A stretch of 64,000 nt of DNA from Macrostomum lignano (taxonomy: Eukaryota), in the NCBI GenBank assembly GCA_002269645.1, contig NIVC01000073.1:496001-560000 (forward strand), written 5' to 3'. Positions 38,087-48,714 of the stretch are shown piece after piece. Numbering within the stretch: position 1 is the stretch's first letter; every line of letters starts with the position of its first letter. The translations under genes and the position numbers were made by a program. The notes beneath the pieces are model-generated. The model worked only from the letters and a program-made list of their open reading frames with translations, ran no database searches and was not told where the DNA came from.

Positions 38087-38490
38087 TATTTTCGATACAT
38101 ATCGGGGAAATTAGTGAATTCCTGTATTGCATTTTCGATGCATATCGGGAGCATTAGTGAATTCCCTTATAGCATTTTCGATACATATCGGGGGGCATTA
38201 GTGAATTCGCTTATAGCATTTTCGATACATATCGGGGACATTAGTGAATTCCTGTATTGCATTTTCGATACATATCGGGGACATTAGTGAATTCCTGTAT
38301 TGCATTTTCGATACATATCGGGGACATTAGTGAATTCCTGTATTGCATTTTCGATACATATCGGGGACATTAGTGAATTCCTGTATTGCATTTTCAATAC
38401 ATATCGGGGGCATTAGTGAATTCGCTTATAGCATTTTCGATACATATCGGGGACATTAGTGAATTCCTGTATTGCATTTTCTCGGGGACA
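38087..38490. repeat. 43-bp minisatellite in TR intron 5
   Basis: Unit ATTTTCGATACATATCGGGGACATTAGTGAATTCCTGTATTGC, about 9 copies. Confidence 0.95.
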
Positions 38491-38800
38491 TAATTAAAAT
38501 AAGTTTTATTTTCGATACATATAGTTGACGCAATTAAACTACTGTTTATTCGATGCTTTTTTCGATACATATGCATGCATTGGTAATTTCAATCCGTAAG
38601 AGTTACGTAACGTTAACGTAATTTAATTATTATCTTCGAGACATTTCAGGAAAGTTATTGATATCAAGTTTGTGTTAGAAGTACGTGTATTTAGCACAAG
38701 TATTACATAATTAATTTTAGCAGGGCATTAATTTAGCGGAGGAATTCAAATATGCTTTTACGCTACACTAACAGTAGTTTTAGCTAGGGTAAATGCTATA

Positions 38801-39388
38801 CTGTCCGTCAAAAGTTCCGGAACCCTTGCTACAATGTCTTCTAGCGGACATAATTTCAGTCCGTTTCAATTGTAACTTGATTCAAATGAAAGCTGCGGAT
38901 CTCAGCTCCATGATGTGGTCAAGAAAAAGTTTATTCGAAGGAGCGCGTGTGAACAGGCCAGTGTTATGTACATAAAGGTTAGAGAAAAAAAGTGAGTAAA
39001 AGACAAACAAGCAATTGACTCTCCCATGAAAGCTGACTGCACAAGAATCCATAAGAGCCTGTTGATTTCAACACAAGTTTTGGCCATAGACTAATGTTAG
39101 CCAGGCTGAACACTGCGCGCAAACCGATTCCTTCCCATGTGTGTTTGCTCCATAGACTCAGCAACCATAGACAATTGCTTGTTTGTCTTTTCCTCACTTT
39201 TTTTCTCTAACCTTTATGTACATAACACTGGCCTGTTCACACGCGCTCCTTCGAATAAACTTTTTCTTGACCACATCATGGAGCTGAGATCCGCAGCTTT
39301 CATTTGAATCAAGTTACAATTGAAACGGACTGAAATTATGTCCGCTAGAAGACATCGTAGCAAGGGTTCCGGAACTTTTGACAGACAG
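38801..39388. mobile_element. MITE with 217-bp terminal inverted repeats (Tc1/mariner-like, TA flanks)
   Basis: 38801-39017 is the near-perfect reverse complement of 39172-39388. Flanked by TA|CTGTC...GACAG|TA, with a 154-bp unique core. Confidence 0.85.
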
Positions 39389-39424
39389 TATAATTAGAGC
39401 GGGGGAAGATCGCTAATTTTGGAA

Positions 39425-40309
39425 CTTCGTTACTAGTAAAGAGCAGTTGGGCTCTTGGGCAAGCATCCATTGCGGGCCGTGGTTTTGTCTCGCATAGAGA
39501 CGCCGAACCGCAGTACCCCCTGTGACATGTCTCTGCCCGGCTGAAAGCTTGTAATGAGTTAGTAGGCTGGGTTAGAGGGTAATAGTCGATCAGGATCAGT
39601 CGATCAGTCGATAGTTGTGGGTAGCTGTATAGGAAGGCAGGCCTATAGCTGTTCCAGTTGATGCTCTGACGGTCTCCCTCGCAGTGTCCTCTGGTGAACA
39701 GGCCAGCGATCCTATTAAAGCTGGAGTTTGCCAAAAGCAGGACTGAGTCTGACCAGGACGGGGCCGTTGGCACGGCCACTATAAAAATGGCGGGTGGACG
39801 AAGCAAAGGGTGAAACAGTCCCGGCGATTAGCCCTCCTGCCGCTTCAAAGTTAAGAGACTGTCTGGCAAAGAGTACCCGGGGTTTAGTGGGTGGGGAGGT
39901 TCCTTCGGGTCGCCACGGCCGTGGGGGCATTGGTCAAATGACCAATTTTATTGGCTTACTAACCCGGTGAAGGCACGGGCTTCCCTGATTGGTTCACTCA
40001 ACCCCCTCTAGCCCCGGGGAGGTTTAGATTTGAGTTTGGAGTAGGTGTGACGCCCCGACAGTTGGGGGTAGGGCCCGCCCTCAGCCCGACTGGTGTCGCC
40101 TGCTCGGCTTGATTGGTCACAGTCTCTTTAGCCTAGCCTAGAAGCTTAGTGTACCTGAGTACACTCCTAACCTGGAACCTAATTTATTCCTAGTGGCGTA
40201 AGAGCCTGTTCAATGGCTCAGGCGCCTTATTTTATGATGCCATGATTTTATGATTTTATGACTTAATTTAGTTTAGTTAGTTAGTCTTGGGCAAGCATCC
40301 ATTGCGACA
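39425..40309 (-). mobile_element. Probable solo-LTR-like insertion in TR intron 5
   Basis: GC-rich non-coding block. Minus strand begins TGTCGCAATGG and carries CCAAT and AATAAA motifs. A 22-bp direct repeat TCTTGGGCAAGCATCCATTGCG lies at 39453 and 40285. The left boundary is not canonical. Confidence 0.4.
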
Positions 40310-41040
40310 CTTCTAACTTAGGAATTAACCGAAGAATTCAAGGTAAAAGGGGAATAAAGGAGATAGGAATAGGAATAGGAATAAAATAGGCTTGCACAAA
40401 GAGGAGTCTTGCCTCGAAAACATTGGGAGTCTTGCCCAAAAGCTCATAAGGGAGTATAGGAAATTAATGTAAACAACTTTTGTACAGCTTGCGTTAACTA
40501 ATTTGTGTTCTCTTTATAAACTTGTGTTTAAATTACAATTGGTGTCCTGACTCACTTCTTTAATATCTAAAAACTAGAATTAGGGAAATCAGGGACCTGG
40601 TGCCAGCGAAATCTACCAATATACCCAAATAATCCACTAAGTTCTAAGAGTAGACAAAACCAGTAAGCCTAGACCGCAGGTACCAAGCTTGTCCATAATG
40701 CTTTAATTTGAGCAACTAATTCCGTGCATAACTTTACCAAGATTATCCATTCTGCCTCGCAGAACCGCGCAACCAATCAACCGAGTTGTCGTCGTCAACA
40801 ATTTGGACCGACCTCGCCGTGTCCAGATTTAGTAGATCAGCTCTCGCGTCATGTGGTCTGCTCTCTAATGAGCAAGGTCTGTTATTATCCGTCTAAGATC
40901 ATTAAATAACGCGTTTTTTCTATATTTCTACTATCAGTAGTGTAGTTTGTAACAGTAGTAAAAAATGCTATACTATTATCTAAATATACTAAATCTCTAA
41001 TATTTGTATGCTTGTCCATAATATTATACTATTTTTACAG

Positions 41041-41178
41041 TCCGAGCAAGTTGAAGATGATGACGTGGCCGTGTACAGACAGGAGGCGCCAAGCGTTTTC
41101 GACAGCCTGACCCAAGTGATGTCGAGTGCAGCCTCCGGGGTTGTCAAGTTCGCCGAAGGAGTGGTCGGGTTTCGTTCG
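41041..41178 (+). CDS. THR: Thyroid hormone receptor, exon 6 (LBD helix 3)
   Basis: SEQVEDDDVAVYRQEAPSVFDSLTQVMSSAASGVVKFAEGVVGFRS aligns to TR [25 protein letters not shown]. Phase 0 at both ends. Confidence 0.88.
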
Positions 41179-41587
41179 GTAAATATTTTGGTTTCGGTTT
41201 GCTGGTTGGATGATAGACTTCATGGTGCTATCCAATGGAATGCCGCGTACATATGATGACATCGTACATGATAGCAGAGCTGAAGACTCAATAAAGTCAG
41301 GGATGGCATCATAGCAGAGCTGAAGACTCAATGGAGTCAGGGACGGTGTGAAGTGTACACTGCTTGCCTATCTGAGTGTAAGCTTGTACATTTAGTAATT
41401 CATTGCATGTACATCTTATCGGTTGTATGAGGTGGGGTTGAGGTGGGGTTGTTGGTGGGGATCATAGCAGAGCTGAAGACTCTATGGAATCACGGATGGC
41501 ATCATAGCAGAGCTGAAGAATCTAAGCTGACATCAAAATAGGACACGATGACCTCTTACCGATCGTATTTTACCTTTTTCCAAACAG

Positions 41588-41828
41588 CTAAGCCAGACGG
41601 ACCAGTTCCAGCTGCTCAAGTGCAGCTGCATGGAGATCCTCTGCCTTCGATCGGCCTGTCGATATATTCAACAGCGTGACAGGATCAGCGGTAGCAGCTT
41701 CATGACGTTCGGCGGCGACGAGACTGGAAGCGACAAACTGCTCAGCGACTTCCTCGAGCCTCTGTGGGAATTCGCATCTAGCCTGAACCGACTCGAACTC
41801 GACCAGCAAGAAGTGGCCCTGCTGACAG
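41588..41828 (+). CDS. THR: Thyroid hormone receptor, exon 7 (LBD helices 4-8)
   Basis: LSQTDQFQLLKCSCMEILCLRSACRY aligns to TR [26 protein letters not shown]. Also LWEFASSLNRLELDQQEVALL. Confidence 0.95.
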
Positions 41829-41919
41829 GTGAGAGGCGCCTTTTCATATCTCGATTGGAATCATTCTAATAAACTCACAAAACTATATTTTTTCATTCCG
41901 AATCTCGCCGTTGTTGCAG

Positions 41920-42068
41920 GAGTCCTACTGATGCAGAGCGATCGCATGGGTCTGCAGCATCCTGACCGGATTGAGTCGATGCAGGACGCCATTTTGAGCG
42001 CATTCAAGCGCTACGTGACGGAGAAACGGTGCAGGCGAGGCGTTGACTGGGCTAAGATTCTTATGAAG
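41920..42068 (+). CDS. THR: Thyroid hormone receptor, exon 8 (LBD helices 8-10)
   Basis: GVLLMQSDRMGLQHPDRIESMQDAILSAFKRYV...WAKILMK aligns to TR AVLLMSSDRPGL...IEKYQD..LLAFEHY...WPKLLMK. Confidence 0.95.
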
Positions 42069-42626
42069 GTAAGAGGTCTAGGTGTTAAGTGTGTTAATTC
42101 TGTTAGTAGCGTGTAATTGAATAGGGCTGCGAGCACGCTGACGCAACGCCTTCGGCAAAATTGTCCTACAATCAGCGCTAACGGCAATTCTGCCTATTTC
42201 GCTGACTCCTGAGGACATGCAAGCTAAGCTATTACTCTACGCAGGCACGCACTCACACACATTCACACAGGGTGTAAAGCGACCCATTGATTTTCTTATC
42301 GGTCAGACATGTACACTCTGCGCCTTGGGGGGGTTGGCCCTGGATGCATTAACCACTGACCCGCTGAGGGGTTCTCCAGCTAGTCCTCTATACTATTTTT
42401 AGTAACAATGATTGGCGGCTAAGCAGTAGGGCGGGGGAGGGCAGAGCGGCTTATCGCTTATCGCGTCTAAGCGCCACGACCCTTGGTTCGATAGCGTGCT
42501 GGAAGGTTGTCGCGCGATTCACACGACAAGAGTGCAAATATCTGACGATTAGAAAGTCAATGGCCGCTGTACACCTGATGTGCTGATCTGAGGAGTCTGA
42601 GGATGCTTAACGCTCCACGCCCCCAG

Positions 42627-42848
42627 GTGACGGACCTGCGCACCATAGTGACTCGCCAAGGCGATGCCGTGCTGTCAATGCGATTCGACGCCCCGTCGAG
42701 TTCCAACGCTGTGCCCGAACTGTTCAAAAAAGTGTTCTGCGAGACAGCAGACGACGCCTGCAACGTGGAGGTGTCCAACGACGGTGGAGGAGGTGGAGAT
42801 GGCGACGAGTGCTTAGCCGGGTTGCAGCTCAAAGCTGAGCTCGCGTGA
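42627..42848 (+). CDS. THR: Thyroid hormone receptor, exon 9 (helices 11-12 plus C-terminal extension)
   Basis: VTDLRTIVTRQGDAVLSMRFDAPSSSNAVPELFKKVFCE aligns to TR [37 protein letters not shown]. Stop at 42846-42848. Summed exons are 2433 nt, giving 810 aa. Confidence 0.93.
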   Translation: MTDLRTIVTRQGDAVLSMRFDAPSSSNAVPELFKKVFCETADDACNVEVSNDGGGGGDGDECLAGLQLKAELA

Positions 42849-45286
42849 TGTGACTTCATTACAGGGGGCATGTTCTTCTGAGTACACTTTTTAGTAGCAC
42901 CTCAAGAAGCAAACTAATTCGATAAGAACAACACACTGCGTGTTATATTTATACTAATTATTTTTAATTGTCATGCTTTCTTGTACATAGCAACTCGATT
43001 CGCGATTACCTCTGCCGTGTGAAACGTGAGTACAAGTTTACGTTTTTGTTATAGCTGCAGAACTAGCTCCAGTTTTTTTATACAGCGGCTTTTCTGTTAA
43101 GACTCTCCTTTTGAGTAGAGAAGGACGCAGCGCTGCAATCTGATGAGGCATAAGGACCAATGCGAGATGGCTACTAGAGAGGTGTTGGGGAGCCAGCTAC
43201 AGAGAAGGGACACCACGGGGTATTTCGCTACGAGTACAAGACGGTAAAAGCCTCGCGAAAAACTGCCGTGCTGATATCCCAATTAGTGTGAAAAGTTAAT
43301 CCACTCGAATAACTCCTGCAAACATCTGCGTCCACATCTACATGTACCAATTGGAAGTTCTTAAAATTTAAAGAGGATGAATACCTCAAAGATTAGCCCG
43401 TTGATGCAAAACTACCATACATTTTTTATTAGATTTTCGTCCGGTCAATTTTATTTATTTATTGTCTATTTTTTGTTATAGTTAATTGGTCTTTATTTAT
43501 TGTACATTAAATTAACCGATGATGTCCGATGATCGTACCCACTGTTGACAGAACTGTATTATATTTCTATTGAGAATCTGTCCTTCATTCATTTTTATTA
43601 ATTACCTGTGTTTAATTAATACAGTCCCGGTTTGAGGAGTGCTGCACCAGCAGTTATAATGCTTGCTTTTAGTGTTACACACAGCAGGAATTTTTTAATT
43701 ATGAGTTAGCTAGGTTTTCCCACTTTTAAACGGTACGAAAAAATAACTTTTTCTTTTTTGCACTCTGGTTTCTACCAACGCGATTTAAATAAGCAGGGCA
43801 CGGAAAGGTTCATTTCTTAAAAAAATCAAACATTTTTAATAAAACTTTTTGCAATCCATATACTAAAATAAAAGGTAAAATTTGAAAAAAAGTTTCATAA
43901 AAGTAAAGAAAATTTAGGAGAAATAGCTTTGTAAAATTCATGAACTAAATTGTAAATTTTTAAGTCAATTAAAATCTAACTTTTCATGAATAGAAATTTA
44001 AATATCAATAAGTGAAGCGGTGTATATTATGCTATGTATATAGTGCAAAATCAAATTATTACTTACGATTTGATTTCATAGAAAGCTTTGTAGAAATTAA
44101 TAAAATAAGCAAGTACGTTGAACTAAAATACGTGCATATTAAATTCTAAATAGTTGTCATTTTCTGTCGAAAAAAATTAAGCTCGCGTATCTCGATAGTG
44201 TACTTAGGATACTTTTCTCTACGAAGTTTTTCGGGTCTACTTAGGCCGTCTTTGTGTTTTATTTATGAATATATTAAACTTATTTCGTACACGCGTGTCG
44301 TTACTACTGTTTTCTAGTTTCATAGAGTATTAGATTTTTCCGACATTATTTTTTAATCACTAGAGTTCGTCGTATCATGCTTTACTTGTCACGTTACACG
44401 ACGCTTAGCTACTTATTAAAGTAGGCAGTATATAGCAGATTAGAGTAATTAGACTTATATTAACTAAACCAAAATTCGAGCTTAAATAGGCGAGTTTCAA
44501 TGTTATCCGTTGTGTTTTTTGTTTCATTGTTTAATTAAAAAGTGGTTTAAAACAGGCGGTTATTTTTGCGTGTCAGAATTGGCACCTGGATTATAGCTCG
44601 GCCTTATAGCTACGACTTGTAAATATAGTTTACCTATTAAAGTTTTGTTTGCGCTTATCTCTGATGGTTTTTTTACGTGTACTTTAATTCTTATTTAGCT
44701 AATCCTTTCCACCAGAATTTTATCAACCCAATTTTAGTTTAATGATGGTCTGTGGTATTCCATATTTTTTTCCAATTTTGTTCACAATTGTAGACTAAAT
44801 TTAAAAAAATACTTGCTTTTTCTTTCGTTGTTCTAGCTAAAATTCAATTTATCGACAATTCAATGAACTCGATTGGTTTTTAATATTGTTTGTGATTGCT
44901 TATACTTTTATCTATCAAAAAACCACTCAATATTCTGGTTTTGTGGTTTTTCATTTGTACATGTAGTGGCTCTTTCATTTTCTCAGATGCGAAACCCTGT
45001 GTCTGTTTGCTATTAATTGTTTACCAATCGAAAATATGCGCTAAGTTTAGGTTTCTATGAAAATAATATACAGAAATTTTTCTGTTTGTCATTTTGGTTT
45101 CACTTCTGCGATACAATTATTTATAGCTCGATCTCAGGGGCTGCTGTTTTGTTATATTGAACTTAAAACTTGTCGCACTTTTTAACATTCTGTTTATTTA
45201 TGATATGAGTTCGTAACAATGCGTGACGACTCTGGCTAAAAGTGGAAGTGCGACGACGAATTGCCAACAATGGTTTGTTGTCTATA

Positions 45287-45505
45287 AGGTTTCATTGGTG
45301 GATAATGATCAACTGTCACTAGTGGCTAGATGTCGCAGTTGATATAGCGTGTGATGCTCAGTTATTATCAAACGTTGGATAATGGTTAGTTGCATGTCCA
45401 TACGGTTTCATTGGTGGATATGATCAATTGTCACGAGTGGCTAGATGTCGCAGTTGATATAGCGTGTAATAATCAGTCATTATCAAACGTTGGATAATGG
45501 GTGGT
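45287..45505. repeat. About 117-bp tandem duplication (2 copies)
   Basis: GGTTTCATTGGTGGATA..TGATCAA.TGTCAC.AGTGGCTAGATGTCGCAGTTGATATAGCGTGT.. occurs twice. Confidence 0.8.
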
Positions 45506-45739
45506 TAGACGAAGGTTGGAACTCGGGATAATGGGTGGGGGGCACGAGTGTGCTTAATTCAGCAACGCCTAGATCACGAGTGTTCGTAGCGCACGAGTGT
45601 CTATGGCGTAGCTGAATTCAACGCACAAGTGGGCTCGAACCTGGGACGTCGCTCCTTGTCGCTCTGTAGGCGGCGATGACCTCTCAAACGGCGTCGCTGA
45701 AACCCTCGGTCTACTGCCCTCACCTAGCATATTTTTGAA

Positions 45740-46790
45740 GCGCTCGACGTTGCCGTTCTGCTCCGGGCAGTAGACCGCTGTTCTTTTGTGCTCGACCGCT
45801 TTGCCGTCTAGGTAGTCGTCGAACTCACGCCCAAGCTAGGGTCCGTTGTCTGTCGTGATGCTTTTTCGAGTGCCCCATCTCGTCCAGGTGATCTCGAGGA
45901 AGTTGATGATGGACTTCGTGGTGACAGTTTCCACCAGCGCGACCGCGGGCCAAACGGCTAAATTTGTCAACCAGGGCGATCGCGAATCGTTGGTGCCTTG
46001 GTGCCCATTTGAACTCGCCGCATCCTCCCACGCTGTCACCGGTGCTCGTGGTGCTCATCAGCGGAATGCTCGGTCGCATGGATTTGCCAGCTTGTGCGTA
46101 AGCCTTGCCCCTAGTCTGTCGGCGGCCCCCCCCCCCAATGGAAAATCCTGCGTACGCCACTGTGGCGAAGCTCTTCTTGGATCACCGTCGCTTGGCCTCG
46201 GGCGATGCAGCCGTCTCTTCACAGGTACAACTCGTCTTTGACACTGTGAAACTCCTGAAGCTCCGGAGGCAGTTGCTTGCATGCGGGCCATCCCTCCTTG
46301 ATGAAGCGCGTGACCGCTTGCAAGGTTGTATCTCTCGCGGTCGCTTCGCGGACTTCGTTGAGGCTGACTATCGGTGCGAGTTGAGTCATCAGGATCTGGT
46401 TGACTTCGAGTTCATCCACTTTGCTGTTCTGCTCGTTCTCGCTGCGCGTTTTTGGATGCTGCCTTGACAGTAGATCGGCGACTGTGTTTTCGCTGCCGCG
46501 GTGGTAGCGGATGTTGACCAGCGGGTACGCGCGCAGTCGTTCAGTCCAGCGTAGGATGCGCACCGGCCGCAACCCTTGGCTTCCCGCCGTCAGCAGCGTG
46601 CTGTGGTCCGTGTAGACTTTCACTGTCCTGCCGTAGGTAAACAGGTGCCATTTTTCGACTGACCAGACGACTGCAAGCGCCTCCTTTTCGCCAACCGAGT
46701 AGTTGTATTCGGTTGATGCAACTAGTCGGCTCACCGCCTTGGACCTGCGCCAGCACAGCTCGGTTTTATGGGCACTGGAGTGTGTTTGTG
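45740..46790 (-). mobile_element. Decayed Gypsy (Mag-like) pol 3' part: RNase H, linker and integrase core
   Basis: NYSVGEKEALAVVWSVEKWHLFTYGRTVKVYTDH...NTVADLLSR (RNase H). FAIALVDKFS...TTKSIINFL...ITTDNGP...PEQNGNVERF (integrase). Frameshifts and stops are present. A CAGTGGCGTA MITE end interrupts at about 46110-46155. Confidence 0.9.
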
Positions 46791-46792
46791 CG

Positions 46793-46793
<1 letters not shown>

Positions 46794-46860
<67 letters not shown>

Positions 46861-48712
46861 TAGCCTCAGTGCCCGCACCGGGAAGGCAGTCTCGAGGAAC
46901 GAACAGACCTCCCTGGGCTGGATCCAGAGAGGTTGGTCGACATGGCAGTGCAGTCGAAAATGTGCGTAAGGGTTTCGTCGTCCCGGCCGCATTTGCGGCA
47001 CAGATGTGAGACCGACGGGTCAATTTTGGCCTGGTACGAGGCGAGCAGTTTGCAGTGTCCAGAGCGCAGCTGAGCGAGGGTGGTGCGCTGACGACGACAA
47101 AGGAGGCTCTCGGGGGTTCTGATATCCGTGTGCACGAGTGCCGAGGACGGGGTTTGTCAGCTGATTGATGAGGAACTCGCTGACGAGAGCCGTATGGATC
47201 GCCGAGTGGGCGCGGCGAAGAGAGGCGAGATCCGTGATGGGAGCAGGATAAAAGCGGATGCGAGCGAAGATGGCGTGGCAAAAGGAACGGAGGTTGCAGC
47301 GGATGGAGCGACGTGGCTGAGGGTCTTGGAAGAGCTGGTGATTAGGATGCCAAGGGGCCAAGCAGGAGGCCCAGAACTGAGACCCGAGGAGCTCGGAGTG
47401 CGCTTTGACTGGAAGCATGGCACATTCGGAGTGAAGATGCTCGATTTGTGTACAGCTGTGGCACCCGGTGATTATACGCAGCGCCATATTCTGACAGCGT
47501 TGGAGCAGGTTCCAGCTGGTCTCGCTGAGCAGGGGCGACCAGACCGGAGCACAGTAATTGAGAAGGGACCTGCAGATGGCTTTGTAAGTCACGCTGAGAG
47601 TTTCTATATCTTGGCCCCATTGCGTCCAACAGAGGACACGGAGGATGGTGGTATTAGCGCGGATTTTGTGGCTGGTCAGCTTAGCATGCTCGTGAAAACT
47701 AGGAAGAAGTGGGTCAAAAGTGACTTCACGAACCCGAAGGATCTTCGGGTTTGTGAAGTAGAGCAGAGGAGGCGAGCCGCGCAGAAAAATCGGCGGAGAC
47801 GAGCGGAATTCATGAGTGGTGCTGGTAAAGATGGTGGCAGTGGATTTGCCCGGTGAGAGCGGAAGACTTTTGGCTTAGAGATTGCGGCTGAGCTGATAGA
47901 GGTACGGTTAAATGAGCTCGGACAGTTTGTGGACGACGGACCGCGAGCACAGATGGAGATGTCGTCGGCATACTGCGTGATGTGCAAGTTTGGCGGCGGA
48001 CACGGAAGGTCGGACACGAAAAAGCGAACAGGAGAGTAGATAAAACTCCGCCTTGTAGGACTCCGACATGCAGCGGGCGGGATTTGGAAAGAATAGAGCG
48101 ATATTCCACTGTTGCAGAGCGACTCTCAAGATAAGCATGCAACCATGAGCGAACCAGAGTGCGCGGCAGAGACGACTGGAGCAGCATCTCGCAGAGCTCG
48201 GTATGAGAGACCTTGTCGAACGCTTTTTGAAGATTGAGAGCGACCAGTAGGCTGCACAGAGCTGGCTTCTGGGTGTTAAGGCCATCGCTGATAAAGGTGG
48301 GCAGGCTGAGCAGAGCTGTGGTGGTGGAATGACCCGCACGGAAACCATGTTGCCAGCTTGGCAAGCTAGGCTAGCGATTCTTGGAAAATGGGGAGAAGCG
48401 CTTTCTCCAAGCCGAGAGAGGGGTCTTTGCCGGCTTTAGGCAGAGGGACGACTTTGGCGGAGGTCCAGGTGGATGGGAAAATACTGGTGCTGATACACAG
48501 GTTGAAGAGCATGCAGAGAAAGGCTATGCCATTAGGACCAAGGTGCTTCCACATCGCCGGGCAGAGGCCGTCGGGTCCTATAGCTTTGGAGGCAGCGGAG
48601 CTTTTGATTGCGCGGTGGAGTTCATTCGGAGTGAGGACCGGGCAGTCTGAGGACTCAAGATTGCGGCAATTTCGGCTGATCTGCCGGTCGCGCTGGGAGC
48701 ATGGAGGCTTGA
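46794..48712 (-). mobile_element. 5'-truncated non-LTR retrotransposon (I/Jockey-group-like) with (CA)n 3' tail
   Basis: RT motifs W..AKVVPLPKAGKDP, QHGFRAGHSTTTAL, LQKAFDKVSH, GVLQGGVLS.LLF, QYADD and YKAICRSLLNYCAPVW. C-terminal TLAQLRSGHC...CRKC...HIFDC. The (TG)n tract at 46794-46859 on + lies right after the ORF end. Frameshifted. Confidence 0.9.
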
Positions 48713-48714
48713 AT

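Noticed and set aside
43140-43260. Hammerhead ribozyme (CTGATGA...GAAA)
   Set aside because: Stem II would be about 100 nt, four extra bases precede GAAA, and stems I and III are not evident.
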